Part shown: positions 1 through 13,481 of the stretch, in pieces | Numbering within the stretch: position 1 is the first letter of the stretch | Layout of the letters: each line of letters starts with the position of its first letter | Program-made: the position numbers and the translations under genes | NCBI GenBank assembly: GCA_964187785.1 | Contig: OZ076413.1 | Span: 47,060,001 to 47,120,000 of the forward strand | DNA from: Amphiscolops sp. MND2022 | Lineage: Eukaryota | Reading direction: 5' to 3' | Length of the DNA: 60,000 nt | The notes under the pieces: model-generated | Told to the model about the DNA's origin: nothing | Databases searched by the model: none | The model's input: only the letters and a program-made list of their open reading frames with translations

Positions 1-120
1 TCGCTTCGCTCCCTTCGCCAGGTCGGGAGGCCAAGCAACTTCGAGGCATGGCCATATGGCACGTCGCTCCGCTTCTCTCCTGCATTTAGGGCACTAGGAG
101 TATGTGAACATAGCTGACTA
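1..120 (+). repeat. Interspersed repeat module, partial (cut by window edge)
   Basis: tcgcttcgctcccttcgcca...gaggcatggccatatggcacgtcg...gggcactagg.gtatgtgaacata.ctgacta recurs at ~28076-28173 and ~28277-28400. Confidence 0.8.
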
Positions 121-1198
121 GGGGAAATTGAAAATTTCATTTTAAAAATCTTTGAACGGACTTCGTTCCGGTCCGCCTGCGTCAGCCAATCAGATTACAG
201 AGAATTATACAGTGCTAAGTATTTCTTCCTCTGGATTTCTGAAATCTTATTGGGCGATGAAAATATAATTTTATTCTTTCGGACTTGTGACCCGACACCG
301 TGTAGATGTGCTAAAGTGAAGCTATTTTGCAGCTCACGTGAAGGTGAACAAACAGCGTGTAGATGCAATAAGGGGAAGCTATTTTGCAGCTAAAATGTAT
401 TCACGCTAATGTGGTTTGCAGTGCACACGTCATTGGTTACACGTCGTTGGCTCATTACACGTGTCTGCTTACATGTATTTGCTGACTGCAAACATCGCCT
501 TTACTTGTTGAGTATTAAATTATTTTGAAATTTGATTCAATGTTTCTGCAATTATTTTCATTGCTAAATTCTGAAATATAATTTAAAATTGTACTCACGT
601 CGAGAAATATAAAATTTTGAAGAAATATTGCAGTTATTTTGCAGTTAATTTTTTATTGCGTATCCCTGAGAACGAGAGAGGAAAAAACGTTGCAAAAGAT
701 TGTCATGACAATTCAACCTGAAACCAAACGTTACAATCCAACAAGTTGGCATCTATGATAAAAACATTTTGCGAGAAAAAAAGCATCGTTTTCCTAAGCT
801 GCCGAGCTTCAAGTAATAAGGTTACTTTACAAAATATTCGATATTGACTAAGCATGATATTTATACAATTACAGGACAATGTCATCTATTTACCCCAGGT
901 ACACCTTGATGGGAATCCCCCCAACACGAAAGCAGATTTTGTTCTTGAATAATAATATTTCACTAATAAGAGAATATTATATGAATGTATATACATAGAA
1001 GATTGTCTCTACAACTGTTTCGACACTCCAGGCAAAAAAATCTATCCTAATTTTTTGATATTATTGTTCAAAATAGCAGAAATTCACGCTAGGAACATGT
1101 TAAAATCGTATCAAAAGGCTCCTATTTCAACGCAAATTTTCTCCGTGATAAAATTTAATGAATGAGCAATTTTTAACTGACAATCAATGTAAGGGATA

Positions 1199-1293
1199 GG
1201 ATTATGTCGACATCAATTAATTTATAGATCAAAATTTCATTGCAACTTGCAATGGAATTTTGGTCTATAAATTAATTGATGTCGACATAATCC
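1199..1293. repeat. 95-bp near-perfect palindrome (47-bp arms, 1-nt loop)
   Basis: ggattatgtcgacatcaattaatttatagatcaaaatttcattgcaa-c-ttgcaatggaattttggtctataaattaattgatgtcgacataatcc; 2 mismatches. Confidence 0.9.
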
Positions 1294-1432
1294 AGTTGAA
1301 ACAATGTCGAAATATGGTACTTGAACCTTGTGTTTTATTTCCCTTGCGTCCGTTTGGGGGAAATACAACACATGGTCCGGCACAAATTTCACTTGAAAGT
1401 AACTTTTTGCACTTGAGAACGATTCAACTCTT

Positions 1433-1550
1433 AACAAGACGCCCGCTGAGCACAGGGATATTTTCCGCTCAAAATATTACGCATCAGCACGGGTTCGAAC
1501 CCACCACCTAATGTATAACAGTTTGTAACGGCACCCTCTGGTACAGCCGA
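1433..1550 (-). mobile_element. 3' end fragment of a Helentron/DINE-like element, adjacent to a Pol III B-box-like motif
   Basis: Reverse complement gcggaaaatatccc...gcgggcgtcttgtt matches the element end at 58607-58642; gggttcgaaccc at 1491-1502. Confidence 0.55.
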
Positions 1551-1660
1551 TTTTGAAACTTTGACATGTTCAGAAACTTTGTCAAAAATTCTAATTCGAT
1601 GTGTGACGTGGCACTGAGCATGAGAATAGATGACATGGTCCCAATTACAAATTTTGTTTG

Positions 1661-2050
1661 GGAGGGGAGTATAAGATCTAAAGAATAAGATCTAAAATAT
1701 TAAGATGTTAACTTCTGATTTGATTGAATGAACAATGCCTCGGGCGTATATGTTAATTAGATGATGGGAGGGGGGAATAAGATCTAAAGAATAAGTTCTA
1801 AAATAATAATATCTAAAATGCTCAACATGCTCAACTTCGAAAAGGGGAATAAGATCTAAAATTTTAGATCTTATTCCCTTCAGATCGATCTTACTCTTTT
1901 GAGAAAGGGAATAAGATCTAAAATGCATTGATTTTAGATCTTATTCCCTTTAGATCTTATTCCCGTCCTGAAATTTTAGATCTTATTCCCTTTAAATCTC
2001 ATTCCTTTTTTTGATTTTAGATCTTACTCTTTAGATCTTATTCCCCCCTC
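1661..2050. mobile_element. MITE/foldback element with AGATCT-rich subterminal repeats
   Basis: Left gaggggagtataagatctaaagaataagatctaaaa is inverted relative to right ttttagatcttactctttagatcttattcccccctc; a second left end at ~1766; same repeat type as 38921-39467. Confidence 0.8.
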
Positions 2051-2098
2051 TAATTTTGTTTTTACCATTTTCGTACGCACCCATTTTCTTCTGTGCAG

Positions 2099-2206
2099 GT
2101 AATAGACGGACCTCTGAGACTGGACAAGGTGACAGACAGGAGGTACATTGACTGCTCCAGACACTTCCCAGAAGAGAAGAAACAACAAGATGACAAAGAA
2201 TTATAG
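2099..2206 (+). CDS. Possible terminal coding exon of an unknown host gene (VIDGPLRLDKVTDRRYIDCSRHFPEEKKQQDDKEL*)
   Basis: Pyrimidine tract + tgcag acceptor at 2096-2098, open frame to TAG at 2204-2206. Confidence 0.3.
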   Translation, partial: VIDGPLRLDKVTDRRYIDCSRHFPEEKKQQDDKEL

Positions 2207-4559
2207 TTTTTCATGTCCTTTGAAAATCAATACAGGAAGTGGTCCAAGAACACTGAAACTCATACGTCACAATCACGATTAGTGACGTCATTAACATTGA
2301 ACTGGTTTGACTAAACTAGATAACCTATTCAGGCGAATTCCACATATCATTTTATACAAATCGAATTTTCAAAGGTTTCCAAATACTTTTTACTAACTAT
2401 CGAGAAAGCTAGATAGACAAGTCGGCACCCTGCTCAAGGCTCGAAGAGCGCAAAACACTTCCCATTAGCAAAAGACAAGATTTTGAAAAAAAAAATTAAA
2501 AACTCCCATAGTGCCGAAAAAAAATCAAAATCTCGATCTCTTTGGGCTCTTTTATTTTTATCAGAATTTTGAAACTTTGAGAAATTCTGAGACTTTGGAC
2601 AAAAAATTCTTTTATCTATTCCAACATTAAATCAAAAAATGCAATTCTGATATAAAGCTCAAAAATCTTCTTCCCAACAGTGGAGAGACGTAACTTTTCT
2701 TTCTTCAAACCATCGAATTTGGGTTCCGTTATTATTAGTGTTCACAAATCTTATGAATAGAAAAGTTCTGCTATTTATTCAAGAATTGCCTTTTCCAGTA
2801 GGAATAACAGAAATTTGTTTTAAGTTGTGCCAAATTTCACGGCAAAACAACTTCATGCCAGTCAAATGATGTTTCATGAAACCAGCAACAAGCCTGAAAC
2901 GGCCGAAGTGGTTTCCTCGTTTCAGATTCATAAAGCGCTAAGACCTTCAGTGTAGCTCAAAAACTGTACTTGAAAATCCGGGAAAATCCAGAGTCTGACA
3001 GTACGAAAAAATTCAAAAAGTAGACGACTGGGTTGCAGAGCGTCATAATTTGAACAATGAAAACTTTTGGAATATGAAAGGGGTGGAAAAATCTTGCAAA
3101 GGGGATGGAAAAGATATAAAAGGATGAATATTCTTTGATTCTTTTGTTTGGCTGGTCGATAATAAAAAGTATAATTGAGAAACCGTACAGTTGTATTCAT
3201 ATTCCACTGTTATTAACGAGCTGAGCTGAGTTATACACGTCAGTGAAAAAAAAATACATTCAGAAGAGAACTTGAAAACCTCAGATGGAAATCGAGAACT
3301 TTAAAACTTTTAAAAAATAGTTTCTATACTTTAGCCGTTGTCTACCTCCTTGTCGTGAAGCGGTTACACGTGCTTCTTGTCCCGACTGAGTTGACTCTAA
3401 TGACAGTGTTTCACCGCCACTCGATGCTGTATCTCCTTTTCGCTAATTTGTGGCTCAGCCTTGACTTGAACCTCTGATTGAGATGCAATCTGATGCTCCT
3501 CCTACAAGGCAGCAAAGTTTCTGATTGCATGGATTTGGCAATCTATCTATCTTCGCGGTATCAGATTTTTCATCGATACACCAACATTTCAGCTGAGTTA
3601 TCAGCTTGAAAAAACCAACAAGTAGTGTACGAGTGGCGTTTTCTATGCTCTTTTCGCTCTTGTTTATGCTCTTCTTTCATGTTGGCTTCTTATCTATCTG
3701 GTTCCGCGCAATAGGCCACTATTTATGCAATCGACTGATGTTCGTCCTCTGTTGCGGCGTGGGATCAGCTGAAACTTTTAGAACAATCTGAACTCATTCG
3801 AAAACCCTTTGCGCCACAGTTCTACAGTTTTTAAATGATGTTCAAACGAGTAAAATGTGTTATAACCATGCCGAGGGACATTACTCTGAACTTTTTGAAT
3901 CAATAATACAGTGCCATAATGTATCCGCGGGGGTACCCATGCGACTCAGAAAACACTTTTCTCCTAACTCAAAAAATCAAATTTCCAGTTTCTGAGAAAA
4001 AAAGTTTCGGAGTTCTCTTTGAAAGTCGAACAGAACCGAAAAATCTTGAGCTCGCAAAACGTTTGTCTCGAATGACTTTTTTATTCAATAGACTGTTCAA
4101 CCAACTTCATGATGACTTTCTCATTCACGATTTATCCAGAATTTGGATCTACTTTGCTTTGACTGATCAGACATTTTCTGCTCTCAATGATTTTTGGATA
4201 TTTTTCTATAGACTGAATGTAAAAAACTATGAGGAATGAAAGATGGCGTATCTGAATTTACGCAAAAGATTTGTAACTATACCCGCATCGTTCTAATTTT
4301 GCTGCCAACATGCTCTTGGCTCAAATCCACGAAACAACCCGCGAAACCATTTTCCTTTGCAAAGAAACTTTTAGGGGATAAAATTGAGGTCAATTTTCAA
4401 AATTTTAACCTGCTATCTCTGAGGGTGTCTAGTGAGCAAACTTCACCACTGTCTAAACATCCACCACATTTTGTCCAAGTTTGATGTCCAGAAAGTCGTT
4501 CCGCCAATTCTTCTATCCATTCGCTATTTGTTTCGTGAAACCGCAGTTTTTTCTTATTT

Positions 4560-5880
4560 GGAAACATACAACAACGCCAGGCAATACTTCGAAACCCAGA
4601 CCATAACTCTCTTTTCAAAATTTCTAATTTGTTCTGATTAACCACATCCAGTCAAATCACATTGTCAACCAGGACACTTTATTTGCATCGAAAAAGCCGA
4701 AAGTGACTTTGATCGCCTTCTATTGGACGCTCACGATTCCACTACATTCTTGATTGACAATATGCCTCAGGACACCACATTAGAACAAGTATTGAATGAT
4801 CTCAAGGATCTGCAGTTGAAGCTTACGCTGTCGTGAGACTTTTCACACAACCGTAGGTTCATAATACTAAGACAATTGGTAGCAGTTCTACATCAACAAG
4901 CACTACGAGACTTTCCAACGAACAGTTGTCTCTGCAATTAATAAGCGTTTAACCCGACAACAGTCCGCACACGTCTCTGCGCAATTATGTCCAAACGTCA
5001 AGCGCGAGCTGTTCGATATCTAAAATTATCCCTTCTGACGGTAACCCAATGACATGGAATCTCTGGTTCGGTTTATTCAAAACCTTGGTTGATACTAAAC
5101 CACTCCACGGTTCGAAAAAGATGTCACTCTCCAAACGTTGACAGTCGGTCGTGCCAACTATGCAATTCGCGGTTTCTCGAGTAACAACTCGACGTACCAG
5201 GCTGCTTAAGAGGACTTTGAACACCACTTTGGTCGGACTGACGTTTTCGTCAACAGTTTCCATGACAAATTTTGTACGTTCAAAACGCCAAGTTTCCAAA
5301 ATGCAACGACTTTCATGGAATACTAAACATTCGTCAACAACTTAATAGAATATATCAGTAATTTGGGTTTTGAGAACGATCTTCGACAACTTACACTTAA
5401 ATCGAAGCTGATGAGTTGTTGCTGAATGACAGGCTTCGTTGGAACGAATACATTGAACGAAATCAAATAACAATTGTAAATCAGTTGGATTTCTAATGAT
5501 AGTTTCGTCCATTTGCACTAGCTTGCTATCAGTTGCCAAAAATGGAACAATGTACCCGTCCTAGCGACAATATTGACAACCATCCTCGCCGTTGTGCTCT
5601 GTCTAACGCGACTTGCCTAACCGAAAGGTCCACTCGATAACCGAAACCAATATCTTGGACACTGCGAAACCATCAGAAATATGTCCGCTGCAAACATTAA
5701 GAAGAAATGACTTGAACTGAAGCGTTGTCTTAACTGCTTGGGTACACATAAATTAAAAGAATGTAAAAGCCAATCCCGATGTAAATCTTGCAACGGTTCA
5801 CATCATACATTACTCCATGAACATTCAGACTAGATGTTATGCAGTCAAAACAATCAAGGGTAAAAGAACAAAGGCTGCTG
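4560..5880 (+). pseudogene. Degenerate BEL/Pao LTR-retrotransposon gag, copy 1
   Basis: DUF1759-like IPSDGNPMTWNLWFGLFKTLVDTKPL (~5028-5105) and BEL-type zinc knuckles CLNCLGTHKLKECKSQSRCKSCNGSHHTLLH (5726-5818); many stops and frameshifts. Confidence 0.8.
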
Positions 5881-7369
5881 TTAAAATATCCCCAATTTTA
5901 GATGAGAAGAATGACATTGAGAACACGTTTGATCAAATCATAGTTTCCTGTTTGGTTATTTTCATTGCGTGGTCCATGAACTTAACGTTAGAATTTAACC
6001 TCCCATACCTTCAAGTTACCGGTGAATGTTCGAAATGAGGTAACATACCTTCAAATCGTCCACGACCACGAGTCTTCTGATCTTGATTCTTGGGCAAAGA
6101 ATCATTCCCCCCCAAAATTTCAAAATTTTATCAGTTCCTGGGTGTAGGATCAAGTTTGGTTGTTTCCACCGTCTCTGGTGAAACTTTATACATAGTTAAG
6201 TTCATTGGAGGTAATGACTTTCTCGTGTTCCAAATACCTTCTCCTCAAAATTTTCTCCTCAAAAATCCTCTGTCGACTCTATGAACTTGCTCAATAATTG
6301 AAAGAGTTATCATCAAGTAAACTCTTCTTTATCGGAATTCCCCCTCGAGTGAATGGAGCTGAACGCTCCTTGGCAGTCAACAGTCTACTAGGTGAATATC
6401 TCTTGCTACGACATCATTGCAAATTGGAGGAATATCCAATTCTCTTTACAATTGTGATTTTCACACAAAATCAGATGACGTACATCTTGCTGAGGAAGCA
6501 CTCAGTGGTAAAAAATCACTTCTAAAGAAATTGATACTTCAAAATCGATTCAATGCAGTTTTAGACACTGCTGATCATACCGGTCGTCATATTTGTTCGG
6601 GAAAATGCAGATGTGCTTCTGCAAGAGAGTCCTACTGCTCCCTGAGCTTGAACTTGAAGTTCAACCAGTTTGGATCTTCTTGCTGCTGTTTTCACCCCCG
6701 GCACTTTTTAAAGTTCCGTTGGCTAAACTACCTGCATGTCTTTTCAGTCATGGTACTTCTTCAAATTCCACTGACCGGAAACGTGCAAACGTATAGGCCC
6801 GAACTATTCCGGCTAGTATCATTGCTGATTAGCAGGTTCCCTCTATTCCAGCTGGTTACATATACCCTTTTATTGAAACTTTCGATTCGGATAAAATTGT
6901 TATTGAATGACTGCAAGAGATTTGTAACTAAACCATTGCAACTAAACCATAAACTTTCAAAAATCGTAAGGGACATTCTATGCTCGTAAAGTGTTTTGTG
7001 TCCGGAAAAATTGGTAGGCAGCTTCATTAAAATTATCCGAAAAAACAGAAATGAACCAAAAAAAACCAAAAGGTCTTTCATCAACTTCTATCAGCATAAA
7101 ATTTTGTTCTAGAGCGGGACCAGAACCCACGGACTCCTGCGCCTCAGGCCCATCACCAGGCGTGAAAACTTGCCATAAGCGCAATGCCAAAGTAGTGGGC
7201 TTCCTACTTATGAACTTTTTATGAAAACTTATGAAGTGGACTCTTCAGGGTCACTGACGAAACAACTTGCTACGGTAAGTGTCTCACACTTTTTACTTTC
7301 ACAGTAAAAATTGGCAACGACCTATATACTCACATGTTTAGTCGGCATTGAGGTGTTTTGTTCTTATTT

Positions 7370-8690
7370 GGAAACATACAACAACGCCAGGCAATACTTC
7401 GAAACCCAGACCATCACTCTCTTTTCAAAATTTCTAATTTGTTCTGATTTACCACATCCAGTCAAATCACATTGATAACCAGGACACTTTATTTGCATCG
7501 AAAAAGCCGAAAGTGACTTTGATTGCCTTCTATTGGACGCTCACGATTCCACTACATTCTTGATTGACAATATGCCTCAGGACACCACATTAGAACAAGT
7601 ATTGAATGATCTCAAGGATCTGCAGGTTGAAGCTTACGCTGTCATGAGACTTTTCACACAACCGCAGGTTCATAATACTAAGACAATTGGCAACAGTTCT
7701 AAATCAACCAGCACTACGAGACTTTCCAACGAACAGTTGTCTCTGCAATTAATAAGCGTTTAACCCGACAACAGTCCGCACACGTCTCTGCGCAATTATG
7801 TCCAAACGTCAAGCGCGAGCTGTTCGATATCTAAAATTATCCCTTCTGACGGTAACCCAATGACATGGAATCTCTGGTTCGGTTTATTCAAAACCTTGGT
7901 TGATACTAAACCACTCCACGGTTCGAAAAAGATGTCACTCTCCAAACGTTGACAGTCGGTCGTGCCAACTATGCAATTCGCGGTTTCTCGAGTAACAACT
8001 CGACGTACCAGGCTGCTTAAGAGGACTTTGAACACCACTTTGGTCGGACTGACGTTTTCGTCAACAGTTTCCATGACAAATTTTGTACGTTCAAAACGCC
8101 AAGTTTCCAAAATGCAACGACTTTCATGGAATACTAAACATTCGTCAACAACTTAATAGAATATATCAGTAATTTGGGTTTTGAGAACGATCTTCGACAA
8201 CTTACACTTAAATCGAAGCTGATGAGTTGTTGCTGAATGACAGGCTTCGTTGGAACGAATACATTGAACGAAATCAAATAACAATTGTAAATCAGTTGGA
8301 TTTCTAATGATAGTTTCGTCCATTTGCACTAGCTTGCTATCAGTTGCCAAAAATGGAACAATGTACCCGTCCTAGCGACAATATTGACAACCATCCTCGC
8401 CGTTGTGCTCTGTCTAACGCGACTTGTCTAACCGAAAGGTCCACTCGATAACCAAAACCAATACCTTGGACACTGCGAAACCATCAGAAATATGTCCGCT
8501 GCAAACATTAAGAAGAAATGACTTGAACTGAAGCGTTGTCTTAACTGCTTGGGTACATATAAATTAAAAGAATGTAAAAGCCAATCCCGATGTAAATCTT
8601 GCAACGGTTCACATCATACATTACTCCATGAACATTCAGACTAGATGTTATGCAGTCAAAACAATCAAGGGTAAAAGAACAAAGGCTGCT
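7370..8690 (+). pseudogene. Degenerate BEL/Pao gag, copy 2
   Basis: Duplicate of 4560-5880; zinc-knuckle region at ~8537-8629. Confidence 0.8.
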
Positions 8691-11600
8691 GTTAAAGTAT
8701 CCCCAGTTTTAGATGAGAAGAATGACATTGAGAACACGTTTGATCAAATCATAGTTTCCTCTTTGGTTATTTTCATTGCGTGGTCCATGAACTTAACGTT
8801 AGAATTTAACCTCCCATACCTTCAAGATACCGGTGAATGTTCGAAATGAGGTAACATACCTTCGAATGGTCCACGACCACGAGTCTTCTTGTTGATTCTT
8901 GAGCAAAGAATCATTCCCCCCCCAAATTTTAAAATTTTATCAGTTCCTGGGTGTAGGATCAAGTTTGGTTATTTCCACCGTCTCTGGTGAAATTTTATAC
9001 ATAGTTAAGTTCATTGGAGGTAATGACTTTCTCGTGTTCCAAATACCTTCTCCTCAAAATTTTTTCCTCAAAAATCCTCTGCCGACTCATTGAACTTGCT
9101 GAAATAATTGAAGGAGTTATCACCAAGTAAACTCTTCTTTATCGGATTTCCGCCTCGACTGAATGGAGCTGAACGCTCCTTGGCAGTCAACAGTCTACTA
9201 CGTGAATATCTCTTGCTACGACTTCATTGCAAATTAGAGTTCTCTTTACAATTGTGATTTTCACACAAAATCAGATGACCTACATCTTGCTGAGAAAGCA
9301 CTCAGTGGTATAAAATCACTTCTAAATAAATTGATATTTCAAAATCGATTCAATGCACTTTTAGACACTACTGATCATACCGGTCGTCATATTTGTTCGG
9401 GAAAATGCAGATGTGCTTCTGCAAGAGAGTCCTACTGCTCACTGAGCTTGAACTTGAAGTCCAACCAGTTTGGATCTTCTTTCTGCTGTTTTCACCCCCG
9501 GCACTTTTTAAAGTTCCACTGGCTAAACTACCTGCATGTCTTTTCAGCCTTGGTACTTCTTCAAATTCCACTGGCTGACCGGAAACGTGCAAACGTATAG
9601 TCCCGAACTATTCCGGCTAGTATCATTGCTGATTAGCAGGTTCCCGCTATTCCAGCTGGTTACATATACCCTTTGATTGAAACTTTCGATTCGGATAAAA
9701 TTGTTATTGAATGAGTGCAAGAGATTTGTAACTAAACCATTGCAACTAAACCAAAAACTTTCAAAAATCGTAAAGGACATTCTATGCTCGTAAAATGTTT
9801 TGTGTCCGGAAAAATTGGTAGGCAGCTTCATTAAAATTATCCGAAAAAGCAGAATTGAACCGAAAAACACCAAAAGGTCTTTCATCAACTTCTATCAGCA
9901 TAAATTTTTGTTCTAGAGCGGGACCAGAACCCACGGACTCCTGCGTCTCAGGCCCATCACCAGGCGTGAAAACTTGCCATAAGCGCAATGCCAAAGTAGT
10001 GGGCTTCCTACTTATGAACTTTTTATGAAAACTTATGAAGTGGACTCTTCAGGGTCACTGACGAAGCAACTTGTAAGTGTCTCGCACTTTTTACTTTCAC
10101 AGTAAAAATTGGCAACGACCTATATACTCACATGTTTAGTCGGCATCGAGGTGTTTTGTTTCATTTTTCTCTTTCAAAAGAGAATGTGGAAATCTTGCGG
10201 CTTGGGGTTAACGAAACATATCACAAACCATCACACTGCCTATGTCGAACTGGACCTTTCGAATGTAATCCCCACTCGTTGTCGGATTCTGATCTCGGAC
10301 ATGCTGTTACTTGTATTACTCCTACTTAAAAAACTCGGCTGGTTCGTTCTGTGTGCAACAGTTGGCAACCGAAATCATTTTTTTGGTGTTTTCGAAAGAA
10401 TATTACGGACATTTGCACAATATGTGCCAAACTATTCATTCCAAGGGTTCTCATTTGTGTTCGAATTTTGATCACGGACACACCGTTTTCCGAGTTATTT
10501 TGAATTCAGAAACTATGCGTGATCGATTTGTGTTCAACAGTTGACAAATTTAACTCGGTATTGGTGTTTTCAAAAAACGCAGATCTTTACAAAATCAAAC
10601 TATACTTTCCATAGACACCCATTTGTGTTCGAAGTCTGATCTCGCACAAACGTTTCACCCGAGCTACATCTATTGAAGAAACTTTTCTTGATCTTTTCAA
10701 GTTCAAAAAGGGCCAACCGAAACTTGACTTTTGGGTTAATGAAACTAATGTTGTGGACCATCACAGTGCCAATGAGGTTTTTTCGAATGTAATCCCTACT
10801 CGTTCTCGGACTCTGAACGCGGACATGCTGTTACTCGAAATACTACGTTTTCGGAAAATCGTCTTGTTCATATTGTGTGCAACAGTTGGCAAGGGAAACT
10901 CGTTCCGGTGCTTTTGGTCCACACTACTCAAAACTGACCATTTTCTTGCTGCAAGGCAACTGTGCGTACACCTAGATACATGGATATCTGAAAGGTTAAC
11001 AGATACTGTCGCTTGATATGCATCGCATGAGAAGTATCTTGAGACACAGAATTGAATTCTGACCCTCGCTTCCGCGTCAAAAGGCAGAGCGGAGTTAGTC
11101 GTCATTGTTCCATTTCATTTAGGGTCGGGCAAAAAACGAAAATGATGGATGGATCGGCGAAGCTTTGGCCCCACGACTGTATCTGTGGACTGGATGTAAG
11201 TTTGACGAAGTTTAGAATAAAGCAGGTTGTTTGTAACAAAGACTATAAGTGGCTTTTGTCAATCGCAGCGAATTAACGACCATTTTGACATAGGCTTTTT
11301 TGTCGCGTCGCCAGGATCCCAAGAGTCTGTTTTCACCGAACCACCGATAAACATGTCGGTTGACTGGGAAAAGTGATGAAACGCGCCAAAATTTCGCTTC
11401 ACAATGTCTTCAAGTCAATCTCGAATCCAGTTCAACATAAGCTTTTTTCATCACCTGTGCAATACCTCACAACGAAATGTTACTGGAGAAAACAGAAGAC
11501 ATATTATCAATTGAAACAACACTCAATTTCAATGACGAGTGCAGGATCGATAAAGTCAGGCGGTTTGCCAAAGCCAGTAGGAGAAAGCGATCTCAATTTA

Positions 11601-12203
11601 CTGCTACCAACAGATCGCTCGGAAGTAGATCTGCGGTCAGTCAAAGTTTGTGCTCCAATGTTCGAAGAATGTATTACTGACGTCTCAACATTAGGCAAGA
11701 CATCAAGACTAAAAAACGACAAGATCTTAGAGAAAAAAAAACACAATTAGATAAGAATTGACAACACAAGAACTGAACTGATTAGGTCGCGCTTTCAAGG
11801 AAGTATATTGAATTTGATTCAATGTTTTACCGTTGAACATGTAAAATTTCCACCTTACAAAGTCTCACGTCGCTCCCAGATATTGTATGGATCAGGCATC
11901 AAGTTTGTAGGAAACTGTGGTAAGTGTGTAGAATTTTTATCCACTAAACTTACCCCATCCAAAAAAGGTCAACTATCGGCCAATACTGTTTAAATACCAC
12001 ATCTCCACCTTTACTAGTGCCCTCGGCCAATTGCGATTGCCGGCGGATGTCGTGATAAGCGTTTGGCGAGCGTGGGTGAAAAGACACTTTGCCAAATGCC
12101 ATTTGGACATTTACTTTGGTCATTTCGCCTAGATCTTTTTCGCAAACTGCCTTGGTAAAATTGACTGTTTATTGTCAACTTTTGTTCTTTAAAGTGATTA
12201 TAG

Positions 12204-12378
12204 TATAAAACGTGCCTCAGATATGTCTCCTTTTCCTCTAGTGTTCCACGGCTTCTTTGGGGCTGCTAATGTTCCCATCTTGCTAAACGAGGTCGAACAG
12301 GAGCAAAGACTTTGTCGGAATCGTATTGGAAGCTAGTCTTTGTGACGGTGAGGGTGAGCGTGCATACACCGCATACGA
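12204..12378 (+). repeat. ~190-bp interspersed repeat module (diverged copy)
   Basis: tataaaacgtgcctcagatatgtc...gaggtcgaacaggagcaaagac...gagcgtgcatacaccg; also at ~39138-39335 (+) and ~29232-29430 (-). Confidence 0.85.
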
Positions 12379-12784
12379 ATCGTGTTTGTGAAAGGACGAA
12401 CTTGATACTTTTTCAGTTTTAGAAACCTTTTGTTTATACCTCTTTTTGTATGGTTTTGCTTTAAAAGTGTTAGTTTATTAATGCCAGGGGTCTCAATATT
12501 GAAATTTTGCAAGATGGCATTACGCAAAGTGTCTTGTACCGCGAGCATGCATACATCAAGCATGCCCCCTGAACGTTTGGATGAGTTTTCAGAACTCGAG
12601 CATGTTTGGGAAATGCGAGTAGGTTCTTCGTAAAAAAAATTCAAACTTACTCATCATCTGTGGATTTGTAGAAATCCACAGTTTTACATTCTACACATCC
12701 ATATGTTGCGAACGTCAATCGATATTGACTCAATATGATAGATTAAAAGCTGACTCATTAATTTTGTTCTAAATGCCATGTTTA

Positions 12785-13470
12785 TTAGGAGTCGGAAAAA
12801 ATTTTCGACTACTTATGCAATCGTGCTGTTTTTTTTGTTTTTTTTCTCCCGACCTTTTCATGAAAATTTCAAATTTCTCAAAAACTGTCCATACGATTTT
12901 CACGAAATTTTGCACAGTCATTCTACACCCAAAGGGGCCCCTGCGTGTGCATTAAAATCGTATGGCTGGGATGTGAGAAACATAGCCAAAATTAGCCCAA
13001 AAATGGCCAAAAAACAGTCATTTTTCGACTTTTTTCGTTTTTCTCAAAAACTGTCCATACGATTCGAACGAAATTTTCTACAGTTATTCTACACCATATT
13101 AGAGTCCTATATGTGCAATGGCATCAAAATCGTATGGCTGGGATGTGAGAAACATAGCCAAAATTAGCCCAAAAATGGCCAAAAAACAGTCATTTTTCGA
13201 TTTTTTTTTCGATTTTCTCATAAACTGTCCATACGATTCGAACGAAATTTTCAGTTCAGTTTCAGATCAGTTCAATTTACGTGCAGTTTCATTAAATTCG
13301 TACGGCTGGGATGTGAGAAAAACAGCCAAATTTAGCCCAAAAATGGCCACAAAAACAGTCATTTGTCGATTTTTTCGATTTTCTCACAAACTGTTCATAC
13401 GATTCGAACGAAAGCGAGTCAGAAGGAAAAAGACTTAAGCTGACTCCTTCACCGCATATGCGGCTCTGGT
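12785..13470 (+). mobile_element. Non-autonomous Helentron/DINE-1-like element (family A), copy 1
   Basis: 5' subterminal aggagtcgg, 3' inverted (c)tgactcct, hairpin ccgcatatgcgg, T-rich flanks, internal ~175-bp tandem repeats; near-identical to 48425-49126. Confidence 0.8.
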
Positions 13471-13481
13471 CTTTTTAAATG

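Larger units (their letters stand above)
4551..10160. repeat. Tandem duplication, two ~2.81-kb units (4551-7360 and 7361-~10160)
   Basis: ttcttatttggaaacatacaacaacgccagg starts both copies; ORFs repeat at +2811; scattered substitutions and indels between copies. Confidence 0.95.

Noticed and set aside
1480..1550. tRNA gene
   Set aside because: Only a B-box-like gggttcgaaccc; no convincing cloverleaf or A box
5880..7200. ORFs of 107-190 aa in the second half of the 2.8-kb unit
   Set aside because: Frames not preserved between the two copies and no recognisable motif; probably decayed TE sequence
11050..11900. Possible protease/pol remnant
   Set aside because: No catalytic motif could be identified with confidence
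12773..13438. Recurrent ORFs (also 48407-48964, 52324-52646)
   Set aside because: Chance frames in a non-coding Helentron-like repeat
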